NCBI GenBank assembly: GCA_964187785.1 | Contig: OZ076409.1 | Location: 3,598,001-3,662,000 of the forward strand | DNA from: Amphiscolops sp. MND2022 | Taxonomy: Eukaryota | DNA length: 64,000 nt | Direction of reading: 5' to 3' | Shown: one piece after another, positions 58,687 to 64,000 of the stretch | How positions within the stretch are numbered: the stretch's first letter is position 1 | Layout: each line of letters starts with the position of its first letter | The notes under the pieces: model-generated | What the model saw: the letters and a program-made list of their open reading frames with translations, nothing else | Databases searched by the model: none | Told to the model about the DNA's origin: nothing | Program-made: the position numbers and the translations under genes

Positions 58687-59864
58687 AGTCCGACAATGAA
58701 GTATGTAGAATACTTTCTTACAAACTCAATCAACCCAATGAGTACCGATTGATTTGATAACAATAGGTTGTTCAAACAAGTTTTAAAGTTTCAAATTTTC
58801 ATACGTTCTCAAACCAGGCCTTTCCGAAATATTTGAAAAAATTGCATCACCACTGCGTTATTGTCAAGGCTGTGAAAAGCTGTAAGAAACGGAGTTGTAC
58901 AAAATAATGAATTAGGACACGATATGTTTTAGTAAAAAGACACATTCACTAACAATCAAGCACTTATTAAAAAGCAGGAATGAACGGACAGGCCATAGCA
59001 GCTTGGAGCATAGCACAAAAAGTAGAAAAGAGAAGACTAACGACTTCAATCAAATATTCAAGGTTCTTTCATGCAGCAAATCAGGCAACCAATTTCACGA
59101 TGTTCAATCACAAAATCACATACATCATCAAAGCAACATGTGAAAAAAGATGTCCTATACTCGCCAAGAGGTTCTTAAACATAGAAAAAACGAATCATAT
59201 TTTCAAAAGAAAAATTAATCTATCATGTACTCGTTTAAAGAAATCTTTCGAAAGCCATTACTTGGGGGACGGACCATATCGGTGAAAAACCATCACCGCA
59301 GCGGTAATTCTCCAATGAAACTTTGAGGTTGATTCCCTAACTTCGCTCGTTCGAGTGATTCAGCTTCACTTTTTCGAAGAATTTCAGTTTTCCTATCTTT
59401 ACTATAATGCTTGGTTAAAAATGAAAATTTTACTTCACTTATTAATTCATGTTCTAACTTCTTTCTACCCTGTCTTAAACCCTGTTTAGTGACGGTAACC
59501 ATTTCTACCCAAATGCATTTCAACGGAACGAAGATATTAAAAACCGCAAATTTTGGTCCGAATCAACATTGATCGAGTCGATTGTACTTCATTTTATCAA
59601 ATAAAATATTCTTTAAAAAAACCCGAATCTTTCATTCAGTTAGGATCCTTTTTCTGAAGTTTTTGAATATCAAATGAATAACCAAGGTCAAATTAAACGC
59701 AGGTCCTCCCAAATTCGAACACATCTTTTTCTCTTTTTCATGGATTTCGTTTCAAATTTGAATCCCCTGAGGTACTGCATGCTTGTATAGGTGGTATACT
59801 CGTTTCACTGTTGCAATGATGTTCTATAAATATTGAATTGAGTAAGTTTTCACGACCACACTTC

Positions 59865-62800
59865 TCATGGCTCCCAGGTGATGTCGAGCAACTTGCAGCT
59901 CTCCTCCCACAACTTCTGGGCCACTTCCATGTCTTGTGAGGCTTTGGTGGATGCACACACCTTGGAGTCGGCGTAGTACAGACCCGTCTCTCCTCCCGCC
60001 TTCTTGCTCACTGGATCAGATATGAGACAGTTACCAATCAAGAATTCTTCGGATGTGAAGTTTGAAAATCATTTCTACGTTCTTATTGGCTTTTTTGACC
60101 AACGCCCACCCCCACAATCATTTTCCACCAACAAAACACACGAACATTTTTAGCACGATCAAAACGCAATGAAAGCGCTGCATCGCTGCTACGAGAATTA
60201 AATAAATAAGCTAAAGTCTTGGAGTAGCCCTGTCACGCACGCTGCTATTGAATTGGCTAACAAATCGGGTCGACAAACAGGTCTGGAAAAAAGATGACGT
60301 CAACGGCTTCTACTACATTTCACCCTACGCAGAAATTTTATTAATTAACAAGCCGGGAACGGCCCAAGTCGGCGCCATATCCAAGGCTCAAAAATAGCAA
60401 AAAGACTCCCAAGTGTCAAGTATTCTCTTTTACAGTACTCGAAAATCAAAAATTTTTCGAAAAAATTTTCGAAAAAATTACATACTCAAAAAAATGGACC
60501 GAGTGGCGCGCTGGGGCTCGCTAGCGCGAGCCTCTGACGCGCTAAAGTCTCACAATACCGAAAAACTAAAAGGTGGGACCCTTTGAGGTTTTTCAACATC
60601 CATTCTGTCGCAAAACATTAAAAAAATCCAGGGGGGACCCTTTGGGGAAAAAATTTTTTTGAAAAAAAAGTCTCGCAGTGCCGAAAAAATGAAAGGGGGA
60701 CCTTTTGGTCTCGCCCGGTATGGTATGTTACGCGGAAAAACCTTTTTGGTTCAGTTCGCTAGGCAAAATGATTCAATTTGGGACCATAAAATTTCGTAGA
60801 ACGTTTAAGAACTATTTTGGTCAGTTCGTGTGGATAGAAAAAAAAGAGTCACTATAATAGTCGCGTTTCACTTCATGAAGCGCCGACTAAAAAATCATAG
60901 GCGTCCGTACCTGCACAGTAGACGGTAGTGAGGGCACCCTGTCGCTCGTTTTTGGAGAACATGGGAGTGAGTCTGTAGATGAGAGAAGCTATTTTGCTGT
61001 ACCTGCAACAATCAAATACTACTACTACAAGGAGAACCACACATCTTTCAGTTATAATAATAATAATGATAATTTAATTCATAAGGTCATTCTTGTTACA
61101 AATACAATGTTATTAATAAACATTATCTCACGACCAAAAAGACCTCAAAGGGTACAAGATTCATTACTACAAAGATCCTATTTAGTGAGTGACGGGATTG
61201 TATTTAGTGGGGAGGACCCAACTACAATTCGACGACCCTACCATAGGGGTATCCGACCATTTCTGGGCTCAAAAAGTAGGCAGAGCGCAAACTCAAGGTA
61301 AGATAAAAAACGAACATGTCTAGATAGAATACGAAAAAACTCAACTATACTTATATTCGACTCAATGTATACATATACTAATAGGAACAAAATTTCAAAC
61401 AAGATGCTTTTTTTCTGAAACTGGTCGTTCCACTTGAAAAATTGAAAATGCTTTTGTTACAAAAAAACACTTTTTTCAATTTCAAGGAAAAATCGTCTGA
61501 GTTTGGATCATCCGAAAATTTTTACCTGCCAAGCTCGGTTCTGACGAAGCCCGGATGAACAGCGTATGTGTTCACCTTATCGCCGTACTTCTCCGCGAGG
61601 CTCTTGGTGAACAGGATATTCATCAACTTCGTGTGGGCGTAAGGTGCGAACCCTTTTCGGCCCCACGACTTCTCGCTTTGCAAATCTTCAAAATTGACAG
61701 ATCCACTTTTGTGCGCTGCTGAAGACAAGTTAATGATTCTGGGTCCGTTTTTGGAAGCCAGAACGTTGTCAATCAACAGATGGGTCAGCAAAAAATGACC
61801 CAAATGGTTGGTCTGGAACTGGGATTCGAACCCGTCACCTGTGACTTCTCTGTGGCCGCCCATCTTGCCGGCGTTGTTGATGAGGATGTCGATGACGGGG
61901 AACTCCTTCTTGACCTCCTCGGCGAAGGCTCGCACACTGGCGAGGTCGGAGAGGTCCAGTTTTCTGGCGAGTAAGCGGTCCTCTGGCAGCTTGTCTTCTC
62001 CCTCCTCGCTCCTCAGGGCAGCGATGACGTTGGCACTCTTCTCCAGGTCTCGGTTGCCCATCACCACCTTGGCGCCCCTCAGAGCCAGGTCACGTGCCGC
62101 CTCCTTGCCCACACCCGCACTGCCCCCTGTGATCACGATGACGTAACCGTCCAGCCTGTACTTCTCACGGTCCAGGTAATCGTTCTTGCCCTCGGACTGG
62201 GCGGCTTCTGGTTTCACTTCGGCTGCTGCATCTCCGTTTGTTTCTTCTAGTCAAGTCCAGTTTTATTGTTAGGATCAAAAAGTAGATCAAAGATTTCCAT
62301 CCAAAAATGCAGTAAAAAACGTGCAAGGAATTCAAATCGATTCAACGAATAACCTGAGAAGTCAATGATGCTTATGTTGAATCTTTATCATGGTTTTGAC
62401 ATGCTAATTTCATTGGCTAGTCGCTGAACCGCTTTCAAAATCGCTAGAAAGCTCTTTTCAAACTATTAAATGTTAGACTTCGAGTATGTTTTGAAATTAA
62501 ATGATAACTTTTAATTCATTTTTTGCGAGAAAAAAGTCCAATCTATTAGTTGCGCTAATTTGAATCGCTACTAAAATCGCTGAAAAATTCTGCGAGCCGC
62601 TAATTCGCTCAATAGCGGTGTGAAAACTGAGTTGATTTCAGAAGTTTTGGTTGAATCCCTAAAATTGGGTTTTATTGTGTTTCCAATGCCGTTTTTTATT
62701 TAAGGTAATTGAGATTCAAATATTTCTGCTAAAAGATACTAAATGTACATCAATTTTCTGAAAAACTGCCACAAACACAAAAACTGGTTAAAACAATTTT

Positions 62801-63303
62801 TTGAACTTTTTATAGTTTTCAAAGGTGTTTGAATCTTTTGCAATCAAAACAACAAAAATTCCGAAGTTTGACAAAGTTTAATCAAAATAGCACTTTTCCC
62901 AATATTGAGAAGCAGAAAAGGCTTTTCCCAAAAGCTTTCAGTCGACTATTGGACCCCCAACTGAAGATTCTGTTTTGATTGCAGAACGCGAAACTTTGTT
63001 CAAAAGTGTGAAATTCTTTTATTTTGCATATCCGCTTAAAGTTAGTTTGACATCAAATTGCACTTGATTTGACTGGACATTACTAGTTTCTTCTGTGGCC
63101 GGAGTTTCATCTTTCTTCACTTCTTCGGCAGCAGTTTCAGTTTCTTCCTTCTTAGTTTCAAGTTCCTCCTCCTTCTTTCCATCTTCGGCAGGAGCCCCCC
63201 CACCGTTCTCTTCTGCATGGGTGTCATTCTTCTCCTCAGTTTGGACTTCGTACTTTTCCTCGTGTTGCACTTCGTTGGTGGTCTCTTGAGCCTCTTGAGT
63301 CAT
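59865..63303 (-). CDS. Short-chain dehydrogenase/reductase, retinol dehydrogenase 11/12/13-like; exons 63303-63084, 62246-61526, 61002-60911, 60010-59865
   Basis: Motifs TGGSAGVG, NNAG, NHLGHFLL, YAHTK, VHPGFVRTEL, then QGALTTVYCA and GLYYADS..AQKLWEES. GT-AG boundaries are phase-compatible (1, 2, 1). Linkage of the acidic first exon is less certain. Confidence 0.9.
60347..60894 (-). mobile_element. DINE-1/HINE-like element in SDR intron 3
   Basis: Subterminal inverted repeats agtcggcgc / gcgccgact; small hairpin gccg-ggaa-cggc at one end; partial inner inverted repeat tagtcgcg..cgacta at the other; A-run ends. Confidence 0.8.
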
Positions 63304-63413
63304 TTCTACAACTGAAATTTAGAAAATACAAACAATTAGGTCGAAACGTGACACGGAAAATGAGTCAGACACGGGTGAAAATTGGTTATGAACTGCGAGA
63401 CAAAATTGAAAAA

Positions 63414-63902
63414 AAAACAAGACGAGAACGTCTAAAGTCGGCGCCATATCTAAGGCTCAAAAAGCGTAAAACACTTTTTTTGGAAAAAAATTGAAATTTT
63501 TGAAAAAAAATTTCTTTCAAAAGAAGTCGCATAGTGCCGAAAAATGTAAAAGGGGGGACCCTTCTGGATTTATTAACAAACATTCCGTTGCAAAATATCA
63601 AAAAACTCAAAGGGGGGACCCTTTGGGGACATTAAAAAATTTTCGAAAAAAAGTCGCACAGTGCCGAAAAAAATCCAAAAGGGGGACCCTTTGGGCACGT
63701 CCGGTTTTGTATGTTTCCTTGAAAAAGTAAAAAATGAAAGGGGGACCCTTTGGAGTAAAGTTTGTCTTGGGCGGACTTGGCCTCAGGTGCTCTGCTCAGG
63801 ATTGTAAAAAGTGGACCGATCAGTGTGAGGATTGTAGTCTGAAGAAAAAAAAAGGTCACTGCTATAGTCGGGCATTTTTTCAAGGAAAACGCGCCGACTA
63901 AA
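63414..63902 (-). mobile_element. DINE-1/HINE-like element
   Basis: Hairpin gacg-agaa-cgtc and agtcggcgc at left; gcgccgacta at 63891-63900; internal ggggggaccc subrepeats. Confidence 0.8.
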
Positions 63903-64000
63903 AACAAGCCGGGAACGGCATAAGTCGGCGCCATATCTAAAAATCAAAAATAGCAAAAGGACTTCAAGGTGTCAAGTATTCTCTTCTTTAGTACCCGAAA
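63903..64000 (-). mobile_element. DINE-1/HINE-like element, directly adjacent to the previous copy, cut by the window end
   Basis: acaagccgggaacggcataagtcggcgccatatc matches the start of 60347-60894. Confidence 0.75.

Overview
Repeat-rich eukaryotic DNA, probably from an invertebrate animal (inferred from GT-AG introns, a LINE and Helitron-like elements). Bases 1-38881 are one unbroken head-to-tail array of related rolling-circle (Helitron-like) elements on the minus strand. It holds two large autonomous-type elements (<1-13963 and 16046-31546) and nine non-autonomous units of 1035-1072 bp from about five sequence types. Each large element encodes an intact ~2800-aa protein (2A-like peptide, OTU, HUH Rep, PIF1 helicase, C-terminal GIY-YIG) and carries SGNH-like accessory genes; the second also has an uncharacterised 337-codon ORF. 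All 11 boundaries read GACCAC|CYAG on the plus strand (CTRG|GTGGTC on the minus strand), including the boundary with flanking DNA. This suggests insertion next to CTRG and therefore into the elements' own ends. The short units keep their length and an internal stem-loop while their sequence diverges and is shuffled. The large elements carry ~22 oriented GGTTG-N5-CAACC hairpins outside their main ORFs. The rest of the window has two degenerate LTR-like relics, a decayed CR1/L2-type LINE with a 2A peptide, about nine copies of a 575-bp tandem repeat, DINE-1/HINE-like elements and a 4-exon RDH-like short-chain dehydrogenase gene. All comparisons were made by eye, with no database searches.
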